64,000 nt of DNA, taken from assembly GCA_026066175.1 (NCBI GenBank), contig GCA_026066175.1_4721.1; one strand, given 5' to 3'. The stretch is from a phage. Below are positions 51,012 through 60,577 of the stretch, piece by piece; the first letter of the stretch is position 1, and the number at the start of each line of letters is the position of its first letter. The notes beneath the pieces are model-generated. The model worked only from the letters and a program-made list of their open reading frames with translations, was not told the DNA's origin and made no database searches. A program made the translations under genes and the position numbers.

Positions 51012-53047
51012 AACGTGATTACATCCTCCGGTTTAGGTTCTTTACGCGGTAGAAGCATGTAGTCGATCGGATGATCTGGCTTCATGGTTGGGATATAACT
51101 GTTCGGGTTTTGGAACGCATCCAGTTGCTCTTGGTGAGCGAACTTCATACTCAAGGAGCGCATGTTCATGTTCTTCTTGAAGGTACTGAAATAACGAGTC
51201 GTTCCCTGTTTCGGCATGCGGTAATCTTTCGTGTGTGGTGAACGAATCATACTCGCGTAGAGAATAACGTCCAGATGCGATAGATTCATTCGTAAACGTT
51301 GCGCACACAGACGATGCCAATAATACAGTACGTTGGCTACTTCTTCTGGTGTCGCTTCATCTTCCGAAAGGAATCCTGCACTGAACGAACCTTTCCCGAA
51401 TTTGAATTCACGTTCGATTTCTTTTGCGTATTCCATCATGTTTTTATGGATGAGTGGCATCTGGAATAGCGTCCGTGAATTGTCCCAATGTTTCAAGTCG
51501 AAGATCACAATCCCGTCTGCTGTTACTTCCCAGCTATGGCGTTTGAGATAACGGATAAACGCTTTGCTTGGTACAACAGGACGTCCACAGAAATCGAAAT
51601 TGACTTTGAGTTTACGATAGCTCTCATCTTTCCTGTCGTAAATCTCCATATCGCAAAGCGTCATGTTGAACAGACGTTGCGGGATAAGCGAACTGATCTC
51701 TTCCGCTTCAGCTACATCGTACAACATGTTCGCCAGACCGAGTTTCATCTTAATCAGCACGTGTTTGCCTTTCAGCTCACGGGCTAATTTGATGTCGTTC
51801 ATGTTCTGGCTGTAACGAAGGATATGTTGATATTCCGGCGGGATTGGTGACGTAGACACGGTGGACGAACCATCGTGATGTTTGGTCGAAAGAATGTTCT
51901 GGGTAACCTGTTGTGAACCTGTACGTGCTGAGCAGTCTCCGATGTTGTCGGTCAATGCAAAGTTATGGCTTAATTCACCATAGCACGTTGCACAGACACC
52001 AGCAGGATCAGAATGATGACAGTAACAAACGGAACGCATGTTCACAATGGTACCGATCAATTCTTTCATGTGAGGCTGTATCGACAACAGCGAACCATCT
52101 TCACGTAAGATGAATCGACCGTGGAAACCTTTAAGATCGGTTTCATCACGTATCGGCATCGGAATGGTTTCTCTGCTTCCACAATCACCAGGATGCAGAC
52201 GTTGTACAACCGCCGTTGCGATTTGCAGCTCACGTCCGAAATATTCTGACTTCTTAATCTGCTCCTTGTTGAACAACAAAGATTTTGCCGCAGAGCGACT
52301 TTCTTTTAAGCTGTCCGGAAGCGAGATCAAGCCTGCTGCATACGAGCGCATCACTGGGTCACGGAAGATCTCCGAGTTGATATCGGTTAAGAAACCACGC
52401 ATCCCAATACACTGCAATACCTGTCCGATTGACACGTGTTCGGTTCTTACCGCACGTGCGATCGGGTTGGCATGCAATGTTTTATCGGTACTTAAAACTT
52501 TTGTTAGTTTCTTGTATGCGCTCTCAATACCTTCGCGGGTGGGTTCCGCTTCAGCGATGATTTTCTTCACTTCGGGATGTACGGTAATCTGATAAAAATC
52601 ATCCGCACAGATGGTCGTTACGTATTCCTCCAACGCATACGTAAAGAAGTTATAAACGTGGTTAAACATATCGAACAACGCTTTCCAGAGAACCTCACGA
52701 TTCTCTTGCGGATACGCATACATGCATTGACGATAGGCTGCGCTTTGTAATGCAACGGAAGAACCTGCCGTAAACTTGCGTTTATCCACCAGGTTCTCTT
52801 TCGTTAACGGTGTCTCAGGATACATGCGATGTAAAGACCAATGCATGTAGCTAAAGAAAATGCGTCGCGCACGCAATTCATGAACACCATCGTCCATCTC
52901 GATATACACACGGTCATTAGGCTGTGCCCACTCGAACACCTCATCAACCGGCCAATGCATAAGCTCTCGCGCCCGTACACGGCGTTTCGTGGTGATCGTC
53001 TGTACTGTATTCATTATTTTTACTTTCCGATTAAGTGGTTTTATCAT
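51008..53047 (-). CDS. Large hypothetical protein with a Cys cluster
   Basis: 679-aa ORF, ATGA-coupled to the helicase gene; CYCHHSDPAGVCATCYG; no family recognised. Confidence 0.5.
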   Translation of the reverse strand: MIKPLNRKVKIMNTVQTITTKRRVRARELMHWPVDEVFEWAQPNDRVYIEMDDGVHELRARRIFFSYMHWSLHRMYPETPLTKENLVDKRKFTAGSSVALQSAAYRQCMYAYPQENREVLWKALFDMFNHVYNFFTYALEEYVTTICADDFYQITVHPEVKKIIAEAEPTREGIESAYKKLTKVLSTDKTLHANPIARAVRTEHVSIGQVLQCIGMRGFLTDINSEIFRDPVMRSYAAGLISLPDSLKESRSAAKSLLFNKEQIKKSEYFGRELQIATAVVQRLHPGDCGSRETIPMPIRDETDLKGFHGRFILREDGSLLSIQPHMKELIGTIVNMRSVCYCHHSDPAGVCATCYGELSHNFALTDNIGDCSARTGSQQVTQNILSTKHHDGSSTVSTSPIPPEYQHILRYSQNMNDIKLARELKGKHVLIKMKLGLANMLYDVAEAEEISSLIPQRLFNMTLCDMEIYDRKDESYRKLKVNFDFCGRPVVPSKAFIRYLKRHSWEVTADGIVIFDLKHWDNSRTLFQMPLIHKNMMEYAKEIEREFKFGKGSFSAGFLSEDEATPEEVANVLYYWHRLCAQRLRMNLSHLDVILYASMIRSPHTKDYRMPKQGTTRYFSTFKKNMNMRSLSMKFAHQEQLDAFQNPNSYIPTMKPDHPIDYMLLPRKEPKPEDVITL

Positions 53048-53122
53048 ACAGTGTATTCATTCCGTTGGAATTTACTCCGGGAGTCCCTTCCCTTAGGTTA
53101 TATAGGTGTTAATATATCTCGG

Positions 53123-53608
53123 TTATCCTGCTTTCTTCTGAAGGCTATAAGGATCCATCGCATCGGAGCGGTCGGCAACGATGGTAAGAATGAAGCCTTT
53201 TATCTGTCTCACTTCGGTAACCCGGAGTCCCCTATCGTTACGATAAACATTTTCTTCGCCGACCAGTTTTGGTCGAATAACATAAACCCCATCAACGAAC
53301 GGAAACGTTGAATACGGATAAATACCAATACGAATAATATTCGGATGATCACCTCGAGGGTCACGTCCAAACACATCAACTCTACCGTAAATCGTGCCGT
53401 CCGCACCTTCCACTTCAATAAGGTCGTTGCGAATATCCTGAAACAGTTGTTCTAAGGTCTCTACGGGATATGTATAAGCGACGCCTAATGCAACATCCTC
53501 AATGGTCTTAACGCTAAATCCGTTAAGCCAAATAATCCGATCATCTGTCCATGTTTCTTCATACGCTGTTAATCCGTCGCCGTATATGTTGGCGTGTGCT
53601 ATCTCCAT
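53123..53608 (-). CDS. Hypothetical protein
   Basis: 161-aa ORF. Confidence 0.45.
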   Translation of the reverse strand: MEIAHANIYGDGLTAYEETWTDDRIIWLNGFSVKTIEDVALGVAYTYPVETLEQLFQDIRNDLIEVEGADGTIYGRVDVFGRDPRGDHPNIIRIGIYPYSTFPFVDGVYVIRPKLVGEENVYRNDRGLRVTEVRQIKGFILTIVADRSDAMDPYSLQKKAG

Positions 53609-53720
53609 AATCTCATTTCCTCTTCTCTGTTAGGATAAATGACATGCTGGATAACGTTGCCTTTGCATATATTGCTTTATTTCCGTCAGAAATAACGGAA
53701 AATAAAAACAACGGCATAAA

Positions 53721-53752
53721 CCCCTCCCACCTCCACATGGGAGAGGGAGGGT
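53721..53752 (-). terminator. GC-rich stem-loop with TTTATGCC tail
   Basis: CCCTCCCACCTCC / GGGAGAGGGAGGG (imperfect); minus-strand tail GTTTATGCCG. Confidence 0.45.
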
Positions 53753-53757
53753 GTATG

Positions 53758-54120
53758 TTATTCTACATTATCTTCTACGGCTTCGGATTCATCCGCTTCT
53801 GCGAAGCTTTCCTGAACCGCAGTGGTATCCCAGTTCGCTGCGTAATCAGCCATGGCTTCGCGCAGCGCTTCTTCACCCGCATCACCAGCCAGGTCAAGTA
53901 CAACCAACCCTTGTGCGACGTTCTGCGCTACGGTATCGATAACCGTTGCATCCTCTTCAAAGCTACGTACCGGTTCAATGGTACCAACATCAACAGCGTA
54001 GTTCGTGGTTGCGGTAAGGACAGCAACCTGTAATGCGTTGCTGTCTTCGTCATGAAGTGCTGCTTCAATACCGATTGGACGGGCCAGTTCTTGCAGTGTC
54101 AATTTACGAATTAAGTTCAT
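53758..54120 (-). CDS. Highly acidic small protein
   Basis: 120 aa, Asp/Glu-rich throughout (e.g. EADESEAVEDNVE at the C-terminus). Confidence 0.45.
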   Translation of the reverse strand: MNLIRKLTLQELARPIGIEAALHDEDSNALQVAVLTATTNYAVDVGTIEPVRSFEEDATVIDTVAQNVAQGLVVLDLAGDAGEEALREAMADYAANWDTTAVQESFAEADESEAVEDNVE

Positions 54121-54143
54121 TATGTCTTTTCCTCAGGTGAATG

Positions 54144-54494
54144 TTAGCAATCGTTTAAAACTTTTTCGATACGATGGTTGACAAGCTCATTGAACGACTC
54201 TTCTGCTTGTTCGATAATTTCATCAACGTCAATATCTAATCGTTGGGGTTGGATGACGTGCTCTTTCATGGTTTCCAGCCAGTATTCGGCTTTAATCATG
54301 ACGTTAACAACATGTTCAACCTGACTGCGTAGGTCGATAATCTGGCAATCAGGATTATTAATATCGATGACGTGTCCGTGGTGGTTGATAAACCCAAGCT
54401 TATTCGATGCTTTTACGGCATCGCGAGTAAGTTCTTGCAGGATTAACGCATTTACGTAATTCACTGCGACGGAACGATTTTCTTTATCACTCAT
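54144..54494 (-). CDS. Hypothetical protein
   Basis: Start moved to MSDKENRS (AAGAGGA upstream). Confidence 0.4.
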   Translation of the reverse strand: MSDKENRSVAVNYVNALILQELTRDAVKASNKLGFINHHGHVIDINNPDCQIIDLRSQVEHVVNVMIKAEYWLETMKEHVIQPQRLDIDVDEIIEQAEESFNELVNHRIEKVLNDC

Positions 54495-54612
54495 ACCAGG
54501 GATCCTCTTTAAGTGTTCACATTCTAGTGTTAAGCAGTTAAAATAAACCGTTCCTTTAATCAGCATAAGCATCCTCCTCCCACCGCACGGGCAGGAGGAG
54601 GCGTAATATGCG

Positions 54613-55023
54613 TCAGAAAGGAAGACGATCTTTATATTCTAACAACGTATCTTCGAAGCAGGCTGCTAGCTCAGACTGCAATTCGATTCGACCTTGTTCA
54701 CCAAACAACTCCAACAGCATCAATCCACGCGCTGTTTTCGTTGCGACCTCTTCACAAATACAAAGGTCGTGTGCAACGTCATCACCAACATCCTTACGTA
54801 ACTGTGCTGCAATGGGCTTAAGATTGCCGTCCTCGTCGTATTCGTCACGAAACGCATCATAAGCCGCATCAATGTTCGCCGTCCGCGTCAATCCTTCGGA
54901 ATCTCGCCAGTCTCGATAGAGTCCAAGCAGACGATTGTGATTCTTCGTCTTGACGTTAGGTGCTGGAAGATTGCGCAATAGATGCGGAGTAATCAATGCA
55001 ATCACGCTGTCTGAATGATCCAT
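54613..55023 (-). CDS. Hypothetical protein
   Basis: Start moved to MDHSDSVIAL (GAGGT upstream). Confidence 0.4.
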   Translation of the reverse strand: MDHSDSVIALITPHLLRNLPAPNVKTKNHNRLLGLYRDWRDSEGLTRTANIDAAYDAFRDEYDEDGNLKPIAAQLRKDVGDDVAHDLCICEEVATKTARGLMLLELFGEQGRIELQSELAACFEDTLLEYKDRLPF

Positions 55024-55033
55024 ATCTACCTCG

Positions 55034-57202
55034 TTAGCTTTCGCAATCATCCGCATCGATGATCTGACCACCAGCAACATTCAACTGGTGATACAATATC
55101 CTCAACGCACGGTTACCCCCAATGGGATACTTCTCGAAGTTGGTCGCAATCGGAATCGCAGAGGGTTTGTCGGTTGCATAGATGCTTTCCGTGATGCTAT
55201 CCACCTGTTTCGGGTTGTTCGCGTAATCCATGAATACGCTTGCGAACCATCCACCGGCGAAGGCGGTGACTTCGCGATGTTCAGATTCACCACAATAACG
55301 TGTTGGTTGCTCTTTACCAGGAGAACTGTACTTATCACTGTTGCTGAGTTTCGACGGCAAACCATGTGCTTGCAGTTTAGGAATACCTACCGCAGACCAA
55401 TCGTTTGCTGTCTTCTCCAACATCATGATGTACGTATCACCAATCGCAATATCGTTCTTGGTGGTTCGCCATTGACCAGAACGACCACGATAGCGTACAG
55501 GGCCTTTCTTCAACGGGAACTCTCGAATCAGGTTCTCCATACGCTCCGAGCCTGCTGCGATACTGTCTGTCGGGATATAGACTTCTGTACCATGGCGTTG
55601 TACGTAACGTAGATGGTCCCATTTATCGTCATCTGTGATACAATGTTTCTCAACAACCTGCTCCACAAACTCAGGACTAACGATATAGTAGTAACGCATC
55701 AATGTGTTCCATGCGGTTTCCAGATCGCCTGCATCCATTACCGGTTTCAGTTCACGCATGATCTGGTCGCCAACACCATTGATATACGGTGCGTTAACAC
55801 GACTTAAACTCATCCTTTTAATTACCGTGCTGTCGTCGAACATAAAGTCCGCAACATTCCCCCATTGGTCTACGGGCATCTCGTCATCTTCCATGATATC
55901 CGTTACGACGAATTTATCACCCGCCATACCGGTAAATTTAAATCCGATACCAGGGACCACATCGTAGGTATACGTGATGGTCACACGCCAGTCATCAAGA
56001 TTCTCCTTACGATAATCACGGGTCGGCAACACATGACGTAGCTGACCGTTCGGATTGCGAATGTCAATACCATGCTCAGCATCAGCGAGGTTCAACCACC
56101 ACATCACCGTCTGATGATGTCTGATGGGTGTACCAGCACGTTCACGTTCGTATTTACGCACCGCATCCTGAATACGGGTATACAGCAGACCGATGGCGTT
56201 TTCATATTTCAGGAATTGACGATACGGAGGACGCATCTTCTCTTCCATCATAATCGCACGCTCGCGGGCTTGACATCCAGAACGACGATGTCGATCGCTG
56301 ACAACATCGATATCCGTTACACGCGCATTCGGCTCAGCGTAAGTGAGATCATCGTAAACATAATCCACACGCTGAAGATTGCACGTCATCATGTCAACGA
56401 CGCTGAGGATAGGATCGATTTCGCGTGTTGCTGCAAGTAACCCATCTTTACGAATACGCTCACCGTTCTCGGGTATTGCTTGATATACCTCGTCATCACC
56501 GTAGAGATTGATTGGGTATCGCGATTTACCTGATGTAATTGTTCGCTTCTCAATACCGGTACTGGTGAAATGCTTCAATACACCACGACGAGCAACACCA
56601 CCATCTTCAATACACTGGTAGAAGCTACCGAAACACACCTTGCAATCGCGACCGTAACCCCACTCGCGTGTTTCTTGATTGATCGCTGGGCTTTCCATCA
56701 AACGAGAATATCGCGGTACAATCTGGCCTCGACGAAGGGAATGGAACAAGTTGGTTGGTCGAAAACGGAAACCGTACTGCTGATGCATGATGTGATGCTC
56801 AGGCACTTCAAGCAAGCGTAGCTCGTGACGGTTACCATCCTCTTGGTTTTCATACAGCACGTAATGCATCGTGTTTGTTTTGATGCTGTTTGCTGTATGT
56901 CCTGGTTGAAACCGCGGAATGATATCTATGATGCGAGATTCAACTGGAAACTCTACTGACCAAGTGTTCTGTCCGTACTGGTATTCAATCCCCGTCGTTA
57001 ATCGGGACGGCTTCGCATCTTTGATAACCAACGCTTGGCTAAGATGTCCACCAAACATCGCAGCGCGCTGTGCTGAGTTATAATGCAATAGCCCGTTAAG
57101 TCCAGTCCCTACACCCGTATACTCCTGTTTAATGGGAATGATTTTACCTTCAGCGATTGCCTGCTTCACAGATTCATAAAGAGGTTTTTCTTTATAATGC
57201 AT
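55034..57202 (-). CDS. Large hypothetical protein
   Basis: Start moved to MHYKEKPLYE (AGGAAG upstream); no family recognised. Confidence 0.5.
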   Translation of the reverse strand: MHYKEKPLYESVKQAIAEGKIIPIKQEYTGVGTGLNGLLHYNSAQRAAMFGGHLSQALVIKDAKPSRLTTGIEYQYGQNTWSVEFPVESRIIDIIPRFQPGHTANSIKTNTMHYVLYENQEDGNRHELRLLEVPEHHIMHQQYGFRFRPTNLFHSLRRGQIVPRYSRLMESPAINQETREWGYGRDCKVCFGSFYQCIEDGGVARRGVLKHFTSTGIEKRTITSGKSRYPINLYGDDEVYQAIPENGERIRKDGLLAATREIDPILSVVDMMTCNLQRVDYVYDDLTYAEPNARVTDIDVVSDRHRRSGCQARERAIMMEEKMRPPYRQFLKYENAIGLLYTRIQDAVRKYERERAGTPIRHHQTVMWWLNLADAEHGIDIRNPNGQLRHVLPTRDYRKENLDDWRVTITYTYDVVPGIGFKFTGMAGDKFVVTDIMEDDEMPVDQWGNVADFMFDDSTVIKRMSLSRVNAPYINGVGDQIMRELKPVMDAGDLETAWNTLMRYYYIVSPEFVEQVVEKHCITDDDKWDHLRYVQRHGTEVYIPTDSIAAGSERMENLIREFPLKKGPVRYRGRSGQWRTTKNDIAIGDTYIMMLEKTANDWSAVGIPKLQAHGLPSKLSNSDKYSSPGKEQPTRYCGESEHREVTAFAGGWFASVFMDYANNPKQVDSITESIYATDKPSAIPIATNFEKYPIGGNRALRILYHQLNVAGGQIIDADDCES

Positions 57203-57233
57203 AGGACTTCCTATTATCGAATTGAGGTACGTC

Positions 57234-57587
57234 ATGTCTAATACGCCCCTGAACGACTTTCTTAAGACAAACCCCGATGACCTCATCCACAACCTTGATT
57301 TCAGGAACGTTGTTGAGATGCATCTGGAATATTTCAAAAATGCCGGTTTGGTTTCTACGATAGACATACCACCCGAACGCGCCTACGAATTCGATGGTAA
57401 CTTTTATGGATTATGTCGGGTTATGCTTGGCGAAGGCAGTGAACCTATGCACTGGGTTACCCTAAGAATCAACGGTTATCGTGATCCTACGGAATACACC
57501 GCCGATGTCCTAACGATGAAGATTGTCGATTCAAGCGCCATCAACACGTTAAAACAGCAATATCGCACAATCCACTACAGCGCTTAA
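57234..57587 (+). CDS. Hypothetical protein
   Basis: Start at MSNTPLNDFL with GAGGT upstream; followed by a plus-oriented terminator hairpin. Confidence 0.45.
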   Translation: MSNTPLNDFLKTNPDDLIHNLDFRNVVEMHLEYFKNAGLVSTIDIPPERAYEFDGNFYGLCRVMLGEGSEPMHWVTLRINGYRDPTEYTADVLTMKIVDSSAINTLKQQYRTIHYSA

Positions 57588-57592
57588 GATAA

Positions 57593-57630
57593 CCCTCCCA
57601 CGGCGTAAAGCGGCGGGAGGGCATTTATGC
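57593..57630 (+). terminator. Terminator after plus-strand gene 57234-57587
   Basis: CCCTCCC...GGGAGGG followed by CATTTATGCCG. Confidence 0.5.
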
Positions 57631-57653
57631 CGTCGTTCGATGCTTTTAGCGCA

Positions 57654-58934
57654 TCAGAAGCGATTTACAGGACGACCTGTCCACGCGTTCAGGATAGTGT
57701 TACGTTCCATCTCAGCGCGACGACGCAGCCCGTTCGGCGTCTGCGGTGCTGGTGGCATCCCCCATCCTGCAGGTTGCGCACCCATGCCTGGCCAAGCCCC
57801 AGTATTGAACATCGTACCGTTACGTTCCGCTACACGGTTCATCAGCATATCGAACGTACTATTACCTCCTGGTTGGTTAGCACCTCCTTCCCACGGATTA
57901 GGTTGAACCGGCGCGGTCTTACCTAACAGGTTATCGATGACATTACCTGATGCAGTAGGACGTGGTTGCATACCTTCATGTGCGGCGGCTGATGGATTTG
58001 GCTTAACCGTAGGTTGCGGTCGACTGTTGAGCGTTACACCCATGTTGTATTTCGCTGGAGGAATCTGTCCGCGATGCTGATTAATCGGTTCAAAGTCCTC
58101 AACCCAGGTAACGTCGCAATACCCATTCTCTTTACCGTCGTACTTATCACCAAACAGTTTGATGAGGTTATTCAACGGTTCCATCAGCTTAGCGAAGCTG
58201 TGGATAAGGCAATCGAAATACGGTGCATGCGGATCGCTTGACCCAGCGTTATACGTTTCACTGACTTCGCTTGCGTGCGGGATAACATACTCAACCAGGT
58301 TTCTCAGCATGTTAAGATCTTTCTTGGAGATCTCAACACCACACCAGTACGTTTTCTTATCTTTCGTGCTGATGTGTTCTTCTTCCATGAACGGGAAAGT
58401 AACAACGGCAACACGGGTCATCTTCTTACCCATGTAGGTTGCACCAGTACGACGAAGATAGATTTTAGACAGCGTATACGGTGTATCACGTTTCAGCCAA
58501 ACGGTAACCAGTTTACCCAGGGTCGTTAACGTCTTATCGCTGGCGTCCGCAAGGATGTTGAAGAACTCTTTCTGCTTCGGACCGAAACGTTTTGCTTCTT
58601 TCGGGTTGATCGCGGTTTCAACCATCCAAATCAGCATGGAGCACAGCGTAGCGTTAAAACGGACAACCATCGCACGACGCAGGAACTGCAGCACTTCCGA
58701 TTCGCCGTTCATCACGTCTTCACTTAACGGATGGAACAGCACACGTTCGGCAAGATGGCTTCCTGTACGCACTTCGGTAACCGGCATCAGCAACGGCATG
58801 CTTTCCACGGTAGCGGCAACTGCAACAACCTTACCATCACCATCTGTAAAGCGGTACTCTAACTCATGAGCATCGTTTTCAAAATAGTTAACGCTTTGTA
58901 GCGCTTTACGATAAGCTTCAATAAGCTTCGACAT
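57654..58934 (-). CDS. Hypothetical protein with Gly/Pro/Asn-rich C-terminal region
   Basis: 426-aa ORF; low-complexity C-terminal third. Confidence 0.5.
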   Translation of the reverse strand: MSKLIEAYRKALQSVNYFENDAHELEYRFTDGDGKVVAVAATVESMPLLMPVTEVRTGSHLAERVLFHPLSEDVMNGESEVLQFLRRAMVVRFNATLCSMLIWMVETAINPKEAKRFGPKQKEFFNILADASDKTLTTLGKLVTVWLKRDTPYTLSKIYLRRTGATYMGKKMTRVAVVTFPFMEEEHISTKDKKTYWCGVEISKKDLNMLRNLVEYVIPHASEVSETYNAGSSDPHAPYFDCLIHSFAKLMEPLNNLIKLFGDKYDGKENGYCDVTWVEDFEPINQHRGQIPPAKYNMGVTLNSRPQPTVKPNPSAAAHEGMQPRPTASGNVIDNLLGKTAPVQPNPWEGGANQPGGNSTFDMLMNRVAERNGTMFNTGAWPGMGAQPAGWGMPPAPQTPNGLRRRAEMERNTILNAWTGRPVNRF

Positions 58935-58962
58935 ATTGTATTTCCTTTTCTTTTACGACAAT

Positions 58963-58983
58963 GGTCCCCCATGACAGGGGACC
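58963..58983 (-). terminator. Stem-loop
   Basis: GGTCCCC CATGACA GGGGACC. Confidence 0.4.
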
Positions 58984-58989
58984 TATGGA

Positions 58990-60576
58990 TTAGAAGTTGC
59001 CTTTGGTGGTTACAGCATCAACCAGGTTGAACAAATCGATGCTCAGCTTATACACTTCCTGCTGGCTACGGTTAAGCAGCGGGCTATAAGCAGAAGGGTT
59101 GATGTTCGGCATGGTGTATGGAATCGGGGCAGAGCCATCAACGCTGATCTTGAACTGGCTATCCAGGAACAGGTTAATTGCGCCACTTACCATAACCGCA
59201 TTCGGGTTGTTCCCTAACATCGACGGTAAGATGTTGATGATCATATCGGAACGCATCTGCTCAGCAGCACGGTTACAGTCGTAGCCTTTAATGAACGGTA
59301 CCGCATCGGTAACCGCAACCGCCCACTGGCCTGGCATGATGCCCAGCTCTGGGTGACCGTGGTTGTCTGCAATGAAACGGAACGATTCCAGCATGCGATA
59401 CGTCATCGCCGCAGGCATCATGGACGCCAGCGAGGAGCAATAGATCGTTGGATAATCGATCACATCCCAGCTTTGGCTATCCGTTGGCATCCAACCGAAT
59501 TCGGTGGTTGCTGATGTACCGCGACGGGCTTCCACATACGGGAACAGCGTCAGGACATCACGGATATGTTCACCGAAATGCCGTTTCATTTCACCCCAGC
59601 TCAGGCTACCGTTAAACGAAAAGCCCTCATCACGCATGATCTCATTGAACATCGTGTGCGCAACCAGCGGTTGTTCACGGACGTATTGAGAAGCCTCAAC
59701 GTAAACATCCTCGTTGTTGGCCTCGCCGGGATGAGAACCTAGCTCGAAGGTCTGACGAACGGTACCCACGCTATCGAACGCTTTCTTCAGATAGATGGTT
59801 GGGATATTTGTATCGATGCTGGCGGGTTTTACCTTCTCTGTTGCAAAACACAGCGCAGCATCCATACCACGAACAACCGGTTCCTGTTGTGGTCGGTATG
59901 TTGAGTGGTTCACGACGTCCGCATACATCGGGTCGAACTGTTGCATCACGTTCTGCATCGAAGGATCCATGAACTGATTGTCCATACCACCATTACCGAG
60001 CCAACGTGCAGTCGATGCGTAGGTCAGCGTATCCTGCACACGGGTACTGAACTGAACGTCGTTGTTCATTGGGTCATACGCCCCGGTAAGCAGATGGATA
60101 GCATCTTGAGGAGCTGCACGTACAACCTGTTTACCGAACATATCAACGGTGGTTGTTTCCAGCACGATAATGACGTTGGTGAAGAAGAACTGCAATTCGT
60201 TCGGTAGATCTTGTACGCGGGTTGTGTATGCATCCAACGGAACAGAATAATCGGTGTATCCAGACACGTAATGAACACGTTTGCTTCCTGGAGCTAACGC
60301 AACCGATTCTTCTGCTGCCATCATGAAATGGAAACGACGGGTACCCCAACCATTAGCAATCTCTGAAACCCCTTCCGGCTGTGCGGTTTGCTCTAACATC
60401 CCGGCAGCCAGTTTATTGATCGCTGATGGTGTTGTCGCGGTGCCGAATCGCGTTGTGTTAATAAACTCTTCCAGGCTATGCATGCTGTCAGCGTGGAACT
60501 GAATTGGACGACGGTGCACATTGTTGTATGGTGCGGTTTCAACCATCAGGATTTCACGAACATTCATCGATACCAT
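58990..60576 (-). CDS. Hypothetical protein
   Basis: 528-aa ORF. Confidence 0.5.
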   Translation of the reverse strand: MVSMNVREILMVETAPYNNVHRRPIQFHADSMHSLEEFINTTRFGTATTPSAINKLAAGMLEQTAQPEGVSEIANGWGTRRFHFMMAAEESVALAPGSKRVHYVSGYTDYSVPLDAYTTRVQDLPNELQFFFTNVIIVLETTTVDMFGKQVVRAAPQDAIHLLTGAYDPMNNDVQFSTRVQDTLTYASTARWLGNGGMDNQFMDPSMQNVMQQFDPMYADVVNHSTYRPQQEPVVRGMDAALCFATEKVKPASIDTNIPTIYLKKAFDSVGTVRQTFELGSHPGEANNEDVYVEASQYVREQPLVAHTMFNEIMRDEGFSFNGSLSWGEMKRHFGEHIRDVLTLFPYVEARRGTSATTEFGWMPTDSQSWDVIDYPTIYCSSLASMMPAAMTYRMLESFRFIADNHGHPELGIMPGQWAVAVTDAVPFIKGYDCNRAAEQMRSDMIINILPSMLGNNPNAVMVSGAINLFLDSQFKISVDGSAPIPYTMPNINPSAYSPLLNRSQQEVYKLSIDLFNLVDAVTTKGNF

Positions 60577-60577
60577 T

